This document shows positions 9,084 through 18,359 of a stretch of DNA of 34,822 nucleotides, piece by piece. The stretch covers positions 1 to 34,822 of the forward strand of contig JBJXGI010000021.1 in assembly GCA_046153645.1 (NCBI GenBank), read 5' to 3'. How positions within the stretch are numbered: the first letter of the stretch is position 1; the number at the start of each line of letters is the position of its first letter. The translations under genes were made by a program, and so were the position numbers. The stretch is from Elusimicrobiota bacterium. GTDB lineage: Bacteria > Elusimicrobiota > Elusimicrobia > F11. Below the pieces are notes generated by a model, which searched no databases, was not told where the DNA came from, and was given only the letters and a program-made list of their open reading frames with translations.

Positions 9084-10313
9084 TTAATTTTTTGTACTCG
9101 CTAATTCCTTAGTGATGGTCATACCAATTTCATTTCTTTGAATTTGATTGGTTCCCTCATATATTTGAGTAATTTTCGCGTCTCTCATATATTTTTCCAC
9201 AGGGAAATCTCGCATATAACCAATACCGCCTGCTAACTGGACACAATCGGTGGTCACTTTCATTGCCATATCAGAGCAATACAATTTGACCATTCCAGAT
9301 TCTTTGGTCCAACGCCGACGAGAAATTTTCTTGTGCTCATCAGCAACCAATGTTCCATTTTTTTCCGCAGCATCCATGGCTTCTTTAAACGCCCCGTCCA
9401 TTCCTCGAGTGACCGAATACAAAAGAGCACGGCCTGCTTCAATGGCGGTTGCCATATCAGCAATCATGTGCTGACTTGACTGAAACGAGAGAATATTTTG
9501 ACCAAACTGTTTGCGAATTTTTCCATAAGCCAAAGTTTCATCAAAAGCACCTTGAGCAATTCCCAGAGCTTGTGAAGCAACACCGGGACGAGAAATATCA
9601 AATGTTGCTTGAGCGACAAATAAACCACGACCTTCCCCTCCAATCACCTGATCTTTGTGTACTCGGCAATTGTCAAAGTGAAGCTCATAAGTATTACTGG
9701 CTCGAATTCCCATCTTCTGTTCTTTTTTACCAAAAGTGAATCCGGGGGTTCCCTTGGCAACAACAAAACAAGTAACACCTCTAGCGCCACGTGAAAGATT
9801 AGTAGAGAAAAACACCGTATAAGTCTCAGCAGCTTCTCCATTCGAACAGAAATTTTTAATCCCATTCAAAATATAATAATCCCCATCTTTTTTAGCCGTC
9901 GCACGAGTGGCGGTGGCATCAGAACCCGCTTCAGGCTCAGTAATACAAAAAGCGGCTAATTTTTTACCCGTAGCGATATCAGGCAACCATTTTTTTCTTT
10001 GATCTGGTGTCCCGTAAAGAATAATAGGAAAGGCACCCAAAGCAGAAGCGGCTAAACAAAGAGCAATTCCGCCGCAATATCGAGATAATTCTTCGACAGC
10101 CAGAACAAGTTCAAATCCACCACCGCCAAGCCCGCCCCAATTGGGATGCATGTAAACGCCAAACAAATCTGCCTTCCGGAGTTCCTCCACAATATTCCAT
10201 GGGAAAAGTTCTTTTTCGTCACACTCCATTCGAATCGGTTTTATTTTCTTAATCCCAATTTCACGCGCTGTTTCAATAATTGCAATTTGTTCTTCTGTTA
10301 AACCGTATTCCAC
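9084..10313 (-). CDS. Acyl-CoA dehydrogenase (Bcd-like), GTG start
   Basis: ITEPEAGSDA, KMGIRAS, RKQFG, GGIGY, RDAKITQIYEGTNQIQR (catalytic Glu386); AGGAGG RBS. Confidence 0.95.
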   Translation of the reverse strand: MEYGLTEEQIAIIETAREIGIKKIKPIRMECDEKELFPWNIVEELRKADLFGVYMHPNWGGLGGGGFELVLAVEELSRYCGGIALCLAASALGAFPIILYGTPDQRKKWLPDIATGKKLAAFCITEPEAGSDATATRATAKKDGDYYILNGIKNFCSNGEAAETYTVFFSTNLSRGARGVTCFVVAKGTPGFTFGKKEQKMGIRASNTYELHFDNCRVHKDQVIGGEGRGLFVAQATFDISRPGVASQALGIAQGAFDETLAYGKIRKQFGQNILSFQSSQHMIADMATAIEAGRALLYSVTRGMDGAFKEAMDAAEKNGTLVADEHKKISRRRWTKESGMVKLYCSDMAMKVTTDCVQLAGGIGYMRDFPVEKYMRDAKITQIYEGTNQIQRNEIGMTITKELASTKN

Positions 10314-10340
10314 TTTTTCCTCCTATGAGAAACAATAAAT

Positions 10341-11024
10341 TTAAACACTTGTTGTTTTAATATTTTTCAAAGCTTCTTTTGCGGCAGATTGTTCCGCTTC
10401 TTTTTTAGATCGGCCTGCACCAGATCCTAAAATTTTTTTATTAATCCGAACCTCTAACATAAATTTCTTATCATGATCTGGGCCCGATTCCCCAATCACA
10501 CAATAAACGGGCGGGACTTTATACTTTTTCTGGACAATTTCTTGCAGTTTGCTTTTAAAATCATTTTCAATAATTCTCTTCTTTTTAGAAAGCTGCCGCA
10601 TAATAAACTTTTCTGCAGCAGGAAAACCTTGATCAAGAAAAATAGCACCTACAAGTGACTCGTAAACATTCCCTAATAAACTTTCTCTTTTTCGACCACC
10701 GGTGGCTTCTTCACCCTGACTCAGATACAAAAATTCGCCAAGATTTAATTCAATCGCCCATAAAGCCAAATTATTTCTCGAAACAATCTGAGACTTCATT
10801 TTCGAAAGTTTACCTTCATCAACATCAGGAAACCTTCTAAACAACCAGTGTGCAACAACAGCAGAAATAATACTGTCTCCAAGAAATTCTAATCTTTCAT
10901 TGCAGATAGAAGAACACTGCTCTATCGCATATGACTTATGTACAAATGCTTCTTTAAGTAATTGAGTTGATTTAAACTTAAGTCTAAACTTTTTTTGAAG
11001 CAACGAAAGATCAGGATTTCCCAT
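10341..11024 (-). CDS. rnc: Ribonuclease III
   Basis: NERLEFLGDS signature and C-terminal dsRBD (GPDH, SKKEAEQSAA). Start reassigned to ATG 11024, overlapping the fabF stop. Confidence 0.96.
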   Translation of the reverse strand: MGNPDLSLLQKKFRLKFKSTQLLKEAFVHKSYAIEQCSSICNERLEFLGDSIISAVVAHWLFRRFPDVDEGKLSKMKSQIVSRNNLALWAIELNLGEFLYLSQGEEATGGRKRESLLGNVYESLVGAIFLDQGFPAAEKFIMRQLSKKKRIIENDFKSKLQEIVQKKYKVPPVYCVIGESGPDHDKKFMLEVRINKKILGSGAGRSKKEAEQSAAKEALKNIKTTSV

Positions 11025-12255
11025 ACTTTCTAACAACAAGAACAGCGTTATGCCCACCGAAACCCAAAGAATTTGATAAAGCGCAGGTAATCTCTTGATT
11101 TCGAGGCTTGTTGGGTACATAGTCCAGATCGCATTCAGGATCAGGAGTAGAATAGTTAATTGTTGGATGGATAATTTTATTTTCCATGCACAATAAAGTG
11201 GCAATCAGTTCAACTCCGCCGGCTGCTCCCAACAAATGCCCTGTCATTGACTTTGTTGATGAAATAGGAATTTTTTTTGCTCTTTCGCCGAAAACAATCT
11301 TTATGGCTTTGGTTTCAGTTTTATCATTCAAAGAAGTCGAGGTTCCATGAGCATTAATATAATTAACTTCATCTAATGTAGCTTTTGCATCTTTGATGGC
11401 CAATTGCATGGCTCGAACTGAAGCTTTCGCTTCTGGATGAGGTGCCGTAATGTGATAGGCGTCATCTGTACAGCCATAACCTGCTAATTCAGCGTAAATT
11501 TTGGCTCCACGTTTAAGTGCGTGTTCTTCTGTTTCTAAAATGACAATACCCGCCCCTTCTCCCATGACAAAACCAGATCGCTTCGCATCAAAGGGTCGGC
11601 TGGCTTCCGCAGGGTTGTTATTAAAATCAAAAGTAAGCGCTTGTGCTTGACAAAAACCAGCAACTCCCAAAGGAGTTATAGCACCCTCTGTTCCCCCTGC
11701 AATCATGACATCGGCATCTCCATTACGCATATGCATAAGAGCAGCACCAATTGATTGATTCGCTGTGGCACAGGCAGAAGAGACAGAATAATTCGGTCCA
11801 ATAAAACCATACTCCATCGCAATTTCACCAGGAGCAATATTTGTTATGAGCATTGGGATAAGAAATGGGGTTACACGATTGGGGCCTTTTTCTAGAAGAA
11901 TTTTATGTTGCGATTCAATAGTCGGCAGTCCACCAATTCCAGAACCGACAATAACACCAGCTCGCTCAAGATCAATTTTAGATAAATCAAGTTGCGCATC
12001 TTGAACAGCCATTTTGGCTGCCGCCAAAGCAAACTGAGTAAACAAATCCATTCGCCTTGCTTTCTTTTTATCCATGTACAAAGTGGGGTCGAAATTCTTA
12101 ACCTCCGCATCAATTTGACAAGGATAAGCTCCAGCATCGAATTTTGTAATTCGTTGAAAACCAGGACGCCCATTTAAAAGAGAATCCCAATAATCATTTT
12201 TTCCAATTCCAATAGGACTAACAACTCCAACACCTGTAATGACAATTTTTTTCAT
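11011..12255 (-). CDS. fabF: 3-oxoacyl-ACP synthase II
   Basis: SACAT, NAHGTST, TGHLLGA catalytic C-H-H triad; GFGGHN. Confidence 0.97.
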   Translation of the reverse strand: MKKIVITGVGVVSPIGIGKNDYWDSLLNGRPGFQRITKFDAGAYPCQIDAEVKNFDPTLYMDKKKARRMDLFTQFALAAAKMAVQDAQLDLSKIDLERAGVIVGSGIGGLPTIESQHKILLEKGPNRVTPFLIPMLITNIAPGEIAMEYGFIGPNYSVSSACATANQSIGAALMHMRNGDADVMIAGGTEGAITPLGVAGFCQAQALTFDFNNNPAEASRPFDAKRSGFVMGEGAGIVILETEEHALKRGAKIYAELAGYGCTDDAYHITAPHPEAKASVRAMQLAIKDAKATLDEVNYINAHGTSTSLNDKTETKAIKIVFGERAKKIPISSTKSMTGHLLGAAGGVELIATLLCMENKIIHPTINYSTPDPECDLDYVPNKPRNQEITCALSNSLGFGGHNAVLVVRKYGKS

Positions 12256-12277
12256 ATTTAAATTATATTGAGTTAAT

Positions 12278-12317
12278 AAAAAAACCGCCTTTTCACTCGA
12301 AAGTGAAAAGGTCGGTT
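12278..12317 (-). terminator. Terminator/attenuator after acpP
   Basis: AACCGACCTTTTCACT-TTCG-AGTGAAAAGGCGGTT followed by a T-run on the minus strand. Confidence 0.8.
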
Positions 12318-12338
12318 ATCTTATAGATAAGGTTAATA

Positions 12339-12578
12339 TTATTTCTTGTGGGCTTTAATATAATCGATGGCTTGACCAACAGTTTGAATCTTTTCGGCCT
12401 CTTCGTCAGGAATTTCCATGTCGAATGATTCTTCAAGGGCCATAACGAGTTCCACAGTATCAAGTGAATCCGCACCTAAATCATTAACGAAAGATGCCTC
12501 TGGTTTCACTTCTGCTGCGTCCACGCCTAATTGTTCCACGATAATATCTTTTACTTTTTGTTCGATTTCAGCTGACAT
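12339..12578 (-). CDS. acpP: Acyl carrier protein
   Basis: [14 protein letters not shown] phosphopantetheine site; GAGGAGG RBS places the start at ATG 12578. Confidence 0.97.
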   Translation of the reverse strand: MSAEIEQKVKDIIVEQLGVDAAEVKPEASFVNDLGADSLDTVELVMALEESFDMEIPDEEAEKIQTVGQAIDYIKAHKK

Positions 12579-12599
12579 TGATGTCCTCCTCATTTATTA

Positions 12600-12657
12600 T
12601 CCAGAGTTTGGGATTTGGGATTTACAACTTGAAAAGTCCCAATTCCCAAAATCTGGA
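12600..12657. repeat. Inverted heptamer-repeat hairpin between fabG and acpP
   Basis: TCCAGAG-TTTGGGA-TTTGGGA-TTT ... TCCCAAT-TCCCAAA-ATCTGGA. Confidence 0.75.
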
Positions 12658-12664
12658 ACTGCAA

Positions 12665-13408
12665 CTACATGTACATTCCCCCGTTCACAGAAATAACTTG
12701 TCCTGTGATATACGAGGACTCCTCTGAAGCTAAGAATAAAGCTGCATTGGCAACATCTTGAGCTTCACCTAATCGTTCCAGAGGAATTTGTGCGGCTAAA
12801 CCTTTTTTTACATCATCAGATAACTTATCCGTCATTGCCGTACGAATAAAACCGGGCGCAATCGCATTAACAAGAATATTCTTTTTAGAGAATTCGCGGG
12901 CGCAAGTTTTAGTTAAAGCAATTAACCCGCCTTTTGAAGAAGAATAATTGGCCTGCCCTGCATTGCCCATTAAACCGACGATAGAAGCAATATTAATAAT
13001 TCGGCCTCCACCCGCCTTTCTCATGGGTGAAAAGATCGCTTTTGTGCAGTTAAAGGGACCTTTCAAATTAACCGCAATAACAGCATCCCATTCCGCATCT
13101 GACATTCTTAAAAGCAAATTGTCTTTTGTAATACCAGCGTTGTTAACTAATATATCAATTTTACCAAATGTTTCAACAACCCGTTTTATACCATTTTCTA
13201 CGTCATCAATTTTTGTTACATCAGCTTTAATGCCAATTGTATCAACGCCAAATTTTTGTTTAATTTCATTTGCTGCTTTAACTAAACTCTCCTCAGAAAC
13301 ATCAAAAAGGGCAATTTTAGCCCCCTCTTTGGCATAAGTATCAGAGATAGCTCGTCCGATTCCCTGAGTTCCACCAGTAACAAGAGCCACTTTGTCTTTT
13401 AAACGCAT
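12665..13408 (-). CDS. fabG: 3-oxoacyl-ACP reductase
   Basis: TGGTQGIG, NNAGIT, NYSSSK (YxxxK), NGGMYM. Confidence 0.97.
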   Translation of the reverse strand: MRLKDKVALVTGGTQGIGRAISDTYAKEGAKIALFDVSEESLVKAANEIKQKFGVDTIGIKADVTKIDDVENGIKRVVETFGKIDILVNNAGITKDNLLLRMSDAEWDAVIAVNLKGPFNCTKAIFSPMRKAGGGRIINIASIVGLMGNAGQANYSSSKGGLIALTKTCAREFSKKNILVNAIAPGFIRTAMTDKLSDDVKKGLAAQIPLERLGEAQDVANAALFLASEESSYITGQVISVNGGMYM

Positions 13409-13429
13409 TGAATACTCCTTAAAATAAAT

Positions 13430-14374
13430 TTATTGGGACAACAAAGACGCAAAGACTTGGTCGATTTCACCAATTTCATCTGTACACAAGCAAGTTTTAT
13501 TTCGATCAAATTTCTTTGCCATTGTAGATAAAACTTTACCTGACCCCACTTCAATAAAAAAATCAGGGCTCAATGAAGCAATGGTATGCATCGTATCATG
13601 CCAAAGCACACCTTGACAAATCTGATCAATCAGTTTTCTCTTAAAATCCTTCCCATTGCGAGTTAATTGAGCATCAACATTCGTGACAACAGGCGTACTT
13701 GTATCATAAAAAGATACTTTATCTAACTCTTCTGCCATTTTATCAGCGGCCGATTTCATAAGAGAACTATGAAAAGCCCCACTCACATTTAATTCAATAA
13801 CTTTGGCAGCCCCCGCAGTTTTGGCTAAGGTCATAGCTTCTAATACCGCTTCTTTTTGACCAGAAATAACAATTTGGGAACTCGAATTAATATTTGCTAA
13901 AGCGCAAATCCCCACACGAGAAGTGACATCCGCACAAATTTCTTGTAATTTATTTTTTTCTAAACCAATAATCGCCGCCATCGTACCAGAGTTGGATTTC
14001 CCTGCTTCATTCATTGCGACCCCTCTGGCTCGCACCAATTTAAGCGCGTTTTCATATGAAATAACCTCAGCAGCGTAAAGAGCCGAGTATTCCCCCAAAG
14101 AATGACCAGCCATTACCTCAGCGGATATTCCTTTTTCCATAAGGACTTCAAAAGCAGCGGCGCTCGAAACAAAAAGAGCCGGCTGAGTAATAGACGTATC
14201 TTTTAACTGTTCTTCTGGCCCTTCAAACATAATCTTGGACAGAGAAAAACCTAGAATTTTATCAGCGTCATTAATAATCTTTCTAGCAACATCATATTGG
14301 TCGTATAAATTTTTTGCCATTCCAATGGACTGAGAACCTTGTCCTGGAAATAAAAAAGAAATTTTGTTTACCAT
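13430..14374 (-). CDS. fabD: Malonyl-CoA:ACP transacylase
   Basis: FPGQGSQ, GHSLGEY, SGAFHS; start at ATG 14374, overlapping the fabH end. Confidence 0.96.
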   Translation of the reverse strand: MVNKISFLFPGQGSQSIGMAKNLYDQYDVARKIINDADKILGFSLSKIMFEGPEEQLKDTSITQPALFVSSAAAFEVLMEKGISAEVMAGHSLGEYSALYAAEVISYENALKLVRARGVAMNEAGKSNSGTMAAIIGLEKNKLQEICADVTSRVGICALANINSSSQIVISGQKEAVLEAMTLAKTAGAAKVIELNVSGAFHSSLMKSAADKMAEELDKVSFYDTSTPVVTNVDAQLTRNGKDFKRKLIDQICQGVLWHDTMHTIASLSPDFFIEVGSGKVLSTMAKKFDRNKTCLCTDEIGEIDQVFASLLSQ

Positions 14375-15360
14375 TGTATTAAAATAGCCCCCCACGTTAA
14401 CCCTGCTCCAAATGCAATCAACTCAACCAAATCACCCTTTTTAACTCGCCCACTTCTGCGCGCCTCATCAAGGGCAATGATTGTTGTTGCTGCTGACATA
14501 TTCCCATATTTATGGATATTGAGAAAAACTTTTTCCATCGGCAAACCCATTCGCTTTGCAATTGATTCAATAATTCTTAAATTTGCTTGATGCGGAATGA
14601 GTAAGGCCAAATCCGTTGATTTTTTATTGACTTTGGCAAGAGCGCGCTCAGCCGTTTCAATCATTCTTGTCACCGCATGCCGATACACTTCTTTGCCATC
14701 CATATGAATATAAGGAGGGTGAGTGTTAAAACCTGATTTAAGAATTGGATTGCGTGAGCCGCCCCCTGGAATTTTTAAAATATCAGTAGCGGAGCCATCA
14801 GCCCCTAAGTCAACAGCTAAAATGGTGGGCGCATCATTTAAATCTTTTTTCTCTAAAACCATGGCTCCTGCGCCATCACCAAAAAGAACACATGTAGAAC
14901 GATCATCCCAATCTGTAAACTTGCTTAATACATCTGCACCTACAATAAGAACATTATTATAGGTTCCTGCGTCTAATAAACTCTTTGCCACAGTGAGCGC
15001 ATAAACGAAACCCGAACAAGCGGCGGAAATATCAAAAGCAATTGCTTTATTCGCGCCTAAAGCTCTTTGAACCAAGCAACCAACAGAGGGAAATAAATGG
15101 TCAGGAGTACAGGTTGCAACAATAATAGCCTCTAAATTTTCTGGCTTTAATCCCGCTGCTTCGAGCGCTTTTTTCGCAGCTTCAGTAGATAAATCAGATG
15201 TGGCTGTGTTTTCGTCGGCAATTCGTCTTTCTTGTATTCCCGTGCGAGAGCGAATCCATTCATCAGATGTTTCTACACGTTTTGAAAGTTCTTCGTTAGT
15301 TAAAACTTTTTCAGGAAGTGCACAACCAGTCCCAGTAATATAAGTATTTTTAATCGACAT
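14368..15360 (-). CDS. fabH: 3-oxoacyl-ACP synthase III
   Basis: AACSGF, PHQAN, YGNMS catalytic C-H-N triad; FGAGLTW. Confidence 0.96.
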   Translation of the reverse strand: MSIKNTYITGTGCALPEKVLTNEELSKRVETSDEWIRSRTGIQERRIADENTATSDLSTEAAKKALEAAGLKPENLEAIIVATCTPDHLFPSVGCLVQRALGANKAIAFDISAACSGFVYALTVAKSLLDAGTYNNVLIVGADVLSKFTDWDDRSTCVLFGDGAGAMVLEKKDLNDAPTILAVDLGADGSATDILKIPGGGSRNPILKSGFNTHPPYIHMDGKEVYRHAVTRMIETAERALAKVNKKSTDLALLIPHQANLRIIESIAKRMGLPMEKVFLNIHKYGNMSAATTIIALDEARRSGRVKKGDLVELIAFGAGLTWGAILIQW

Positions 15361-15361
15361 T

Positions 15362-16381
15362 TTAGGCAACAATAACGTTTTGGGATGTATTTTTTAGAAG
15401 AGTCTTTATGTGATCATTAATGTTATCTTTTACAAGTTCACGAGCCACTCTGAGAGCATTTTTGATGGCATAAGCGCTTGATCCACCATGACTAACAATA
15501 GAAACACCATGAACACCTAAAAGTGGGGCTCCACCATATTCTGCGGGATCAACCTTCTTTTTAATATGTTTAAAGGCTCCTTTAACAAGCATCCCACCTA
15601 GAATGGTTAAAGGATGCCCTTTTATCTCTCTTTTAATTAATTTTAACAAAGCTTCTGAAAGTCCTTCCCCAAATTTAAGGACAACATTTCCAACAAATCC
15701 ATCACAAACAATAACATCCGCCTTACCCATTGGAATATCACGCCCTTCAATATGGCCAATATAATTCAAGGAAGAGTTTTTTAATAATTGATGGGTTTCT
15801 TGGGTCAATTCATTGCCTTTACCCTCTTCTTCACCAATAGAGAGAAGGCCCACCCTAGGATTGGAATTTTTAAAAATAGCTTCGAAATAAACTGAGCCCA
15901 TAATGGCAAATTGAAATAAATGTTTGGACTTACAATCCATGTTGGCTCCCATATCTAACATAACACATTGACCATCAAGCGTTGGGAGAATAGTGGCAAT
16001 AGCAGGACGAGAGATGCCTTCTAACCTTCCCAATTGGAGTAAGGCTGAAGTCATTGTTGCTCCTGAATTACCAGCAGAAACCAAGCCATCGGCTTGTTTT
16101 TCTGCAACCATTTTAGAGCAAACCATTATGCTTGAATCTTGCTTGGATCGGCAGGCATCAACAGGCGACTCATGCATGTTCACAACTTCAGATGCATGAT
16201 GAATCCGAATAGGAAGAGAAGAACCAATATGATGACGCTTCAACTCATCTGAAATTCTATCTTGATCTCCGACAAGAGAGACTTCAAGGTCTGACCACTG
16301 CCGACAAGCATCAATAGCGCCTTGAACATTAACAGAAATACCATGATCTCCGCCCATTGCATCAAGAGCAATTTTGACCAA
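15362..16381 (-). CDS. plsX: Phosphate acyltransferase PlsX (TTG start)
   Basis: ALDAMGGD, SAGNSGA, DGFVGNV, YGGAPLLG. Confidence 0.96.
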   Translation of the reverse strand: MVKIALDAMGGDHGISVNVQGAIDACRQWSDLEVSLVGDQDRISDELKRHHIGSSLPIRIHHASEVVNMHESPVDACRSKQDSSIMVCSKMVAEKQADGLVSAGNSGATMTSALLQLGRLEGISRPAIATILPTLDGQCVMLDMGANMDCKSKHLFQFAIMGSVYFEAIFKNSNPRVGLLSIGEEEGKGNELTQETHQLLKNSSLNYIGHIEGRDIPMGKADVIVCDGFVGNVVLKFGEGLSEALLKLIKREIKGHPLTILGGMLVKGAFKHIKKKVDPAEYGGAPLLGVHGVSIVSHGGSSAYAIKNALRVARELVKDNINDHIKTLLKNTSQNVIVA

Positions 16382-16384
16382 GAA

Positions 16385-16588
16385 CTATTTCCCCTCTTTC
16401 TTCTTTGGCTGTTTTGGGGCAAGAATAAGTTCGCCACCATAAAAACCACAATAAGGACAAACTCTGTGAGGAAGGATACCCTTTCCACATTGAGAACAAT
16501 TAGACAAGCTATTTGCCACAATTTTAAAATTTGCAGATCTGCGCATATCTCTGCGCATTCGTGTATGTTTTTTCTTTGGATTAGCCAT
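16385..16588 (-). CDS. rpmF: 50S ribosomal protein L32 (zinc-ribbon type)
   Basis: MANPKKK...CSQC...PHRVCPYCGFY. Confidence 0.96.
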   Translation of the reverse strand: MANPKKKHTRMRRDMRRSANFKIVANSLSNCSQCGKGILPHRVCPYCGFYGGELILAPKQPKKKEGK

Positions 16589-16614
16589 TTTCTCTCCTAA
16601 TGAATTACTAGAAA

Positions 16615-17073
16615 CTATTTAGAATCAAACTGATTTAATGCTTTCCAATTATTACTGACTTTAAGGCTTTCACAGTTACAATTGGTAATATTTTTATTTT
16701 CTCCACACGTTGCACAAAGCCCCTCGCAGGATTTAGTACAAATAGCAGATAATGGTAAATCGGTAAAAATCGCATCCCGGATCTCAGAATTTACATCGAT
16801 TTCCGCGCCCTCAATAGCAAAGGATTGCAAAATTCGCACATTAAATGATTTATCTACATCTTCCAAACATCGTCCACATGTTAACCGATAACGAGTTGAA
16901 CCAAAACCAGAAAACAACACTTCTTCGCCAACCAATTTCGCCTTTCCTTCAACATGAATTGGCATATGAAAATCTATAAACGAAGGCAATTCTCCTAATA
17001 AAGCCTTAGGGTCAAAATCCTTTGTCTTTTCTTCTGATCCTAAATCACGCAAACGGGAAACTAAAAATTTCAT
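16615..17073 (-). CDS. YceD/DUF177 family protein
   Basis: CGRCL and C...CEGLCATCG...CNC motifs; canonical position upstream of rpmF; start at ATG 17073. Confidence 0.85.
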   Translation of the reverse strand: MKFLVSRLRDLGSEEKTKDFDPKALLGELPSFIDFHMPIHVEGKAKLVGEEVLFSGFGSTRYRLTCGRCLEDVDKSFNVRILQSFAIEGAEIDVNSEIRDAIFTDLPLSAICTKSCEGLCATCGENKNITNCNCESLKVSNNWKALNQFDSK

Positions 17074-17182
17074 ATTCCACTTTCCTGATAAGCACAAGAC
17101 CAACAACTTCCGTTAAAAATCATTTTAGATCAGTAATTTAAGGTTATTATTCCTGGCTGGAGTAACGGATAAATTCGGCATT

Positions 17183-17211
17183 ATCCTAAATTATTCAGAA
17201 AGAATTGTCTA
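17183..17211 (-). promoter_or_regulatory. Sigma70-type promoter for the yceD-rpmF-plsX-fab operon
   Basis: Minus strand TAGACA-N17-TAGGAT. Confidence 0.5.
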
Positions 17212-18354
17212 TAAGCGAGAATACTCTTTTACTGTTTCGGAAACCATAAAAGAAAAATCCCATTCGTCATTTACTGAATTTTTGGCCGCGATTCCAAACT
17301 CATTACGAATGGATGGGTTTTTCAATAAATATTCAATTCTATTAGTAAAAAAATCCAAATCAGAAGGAGAACCAAGAAACCCATTGATATTGTTTTTAAC
17401 TATTTCCGATGCGCCATCAACATCAGTTGCAACAACAGGTTTTCCTATCGACATAACTTGAGGAAATACACAAGGAAGTCCTTCATAAAGTGACGTTAAA
17501 AGAAAAATATCAAAGCTTTGCGCTATTTCATTAACATCATCTCTCCATCCCAGGAAATGAACATGGGGTCTAATATTAAGCTCTAGTACTTTTTCCTCAC
17601 ATGCTTTTCTGAGAGGGCCATCTCCAACATAGATAAAATGTACATTGGGCATCCTATTAAGAACCTTATAAACGATATGGATAAAAGCCATGGGGTTTTT
17701 TTGAGGTTTAAAATTCGCAATAGTTCCAACAACAAACTCATCTTTAGGAATATTTAATTCCATTTTTATTTTATCCGTTGATTTGGTTGAGCGCCATTTA
17801 TCCAAATCAATTCCTGCTCTAATAATTTTATATTTATTCACATTCCCAATACCCAAAGATAAACCTTTTAACTTATCAGAGTTAGCCACACAAATAATCC
17901 GCGTTGACGTCAACGACAAAAATTTTTCTATAACAATAAAGACTTGTCGAAGGATGGGGTTCATTAAGTCATTAAAAGACCAACCGTGAACAGTATGAAT
18001 AATAATAGGAACACGCGAAATAAATGCGGATACCCTTCCCAAAACACCGGCTTTACTAGAATGGGTATGAACCACATCAATCTTATTTTTCATAAAAAAA
18101 AGAATCAAAGAAAAAATGGCTAGAAAATCATCGTATGGAGAAATGGGATGCTTTATATATTTATTCAATATAAGGTTAGAACCTAATGATTGACGAACAG
18201 AAGAATCTAGCTTCCCCCCAAGACCAGAAATCAAAAAAACCTCAAATATATTTTTATCTATTCTTTTCGCAGTTTCTATGGCAACTTGCTGAGCGCCACC
18301 TAAATCCAATCGTGTAATAACAATGGCAACTTTTATCTTTTTTTGAGGTTCCAT
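17209..18354 (-). CDS. GT4 family glycosyltransferase
   Basis: GGAQ, HTHSSKAG, HTVHG, QKNP, EGLP, TDVDG GT-B motifs. Confidence 0.92.
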   Translation of the reverse strand: MEPQKKIKVAIVITRLDLGGAQQVAIETAKRIDKNIFEVFLISGLGGKLDSSVRQSLGSNLILNKYIKHPISPYDDFLAIFSLILFFMKNKIDVVHTHSSKAGVLGRVSAFISRVPIIIHTVHGWSFNDLMNPILRQVFIVIEKFLSLTSTRIICVANSDKLKGLSLGIGNVNKYKIIRAGIDLDKWRSTKSTDKIKMELNIPKDEFVVGTIANFKPQKNPMAFIHIVYKVLNRMPNVHFIYVGDGPLRKACEEKVLELNIRPHVHFLGWRDDVNEIAQSFDIFLLTSLYEGLPCVFPQVMSIGKPVVATDVDGASEIVKNNINGFLGSPSDLDFFTNRIEYLLKNPSIRNEFGIAAKNSVNDEWDFSFMVSETVKEYSRL

Positions 18355-18359
18355 TTGAA

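Noticed and set aside
11025..11204. Apparent hydrophobic N-terminal extension on RNase III (and similar extensions on GT26, the FAD enzyme, PilO, YceD and FabD)
   Set aside because: Artefacts of longest-ORF calling that overlap upstream genes; downstream starts match the family N-termini.
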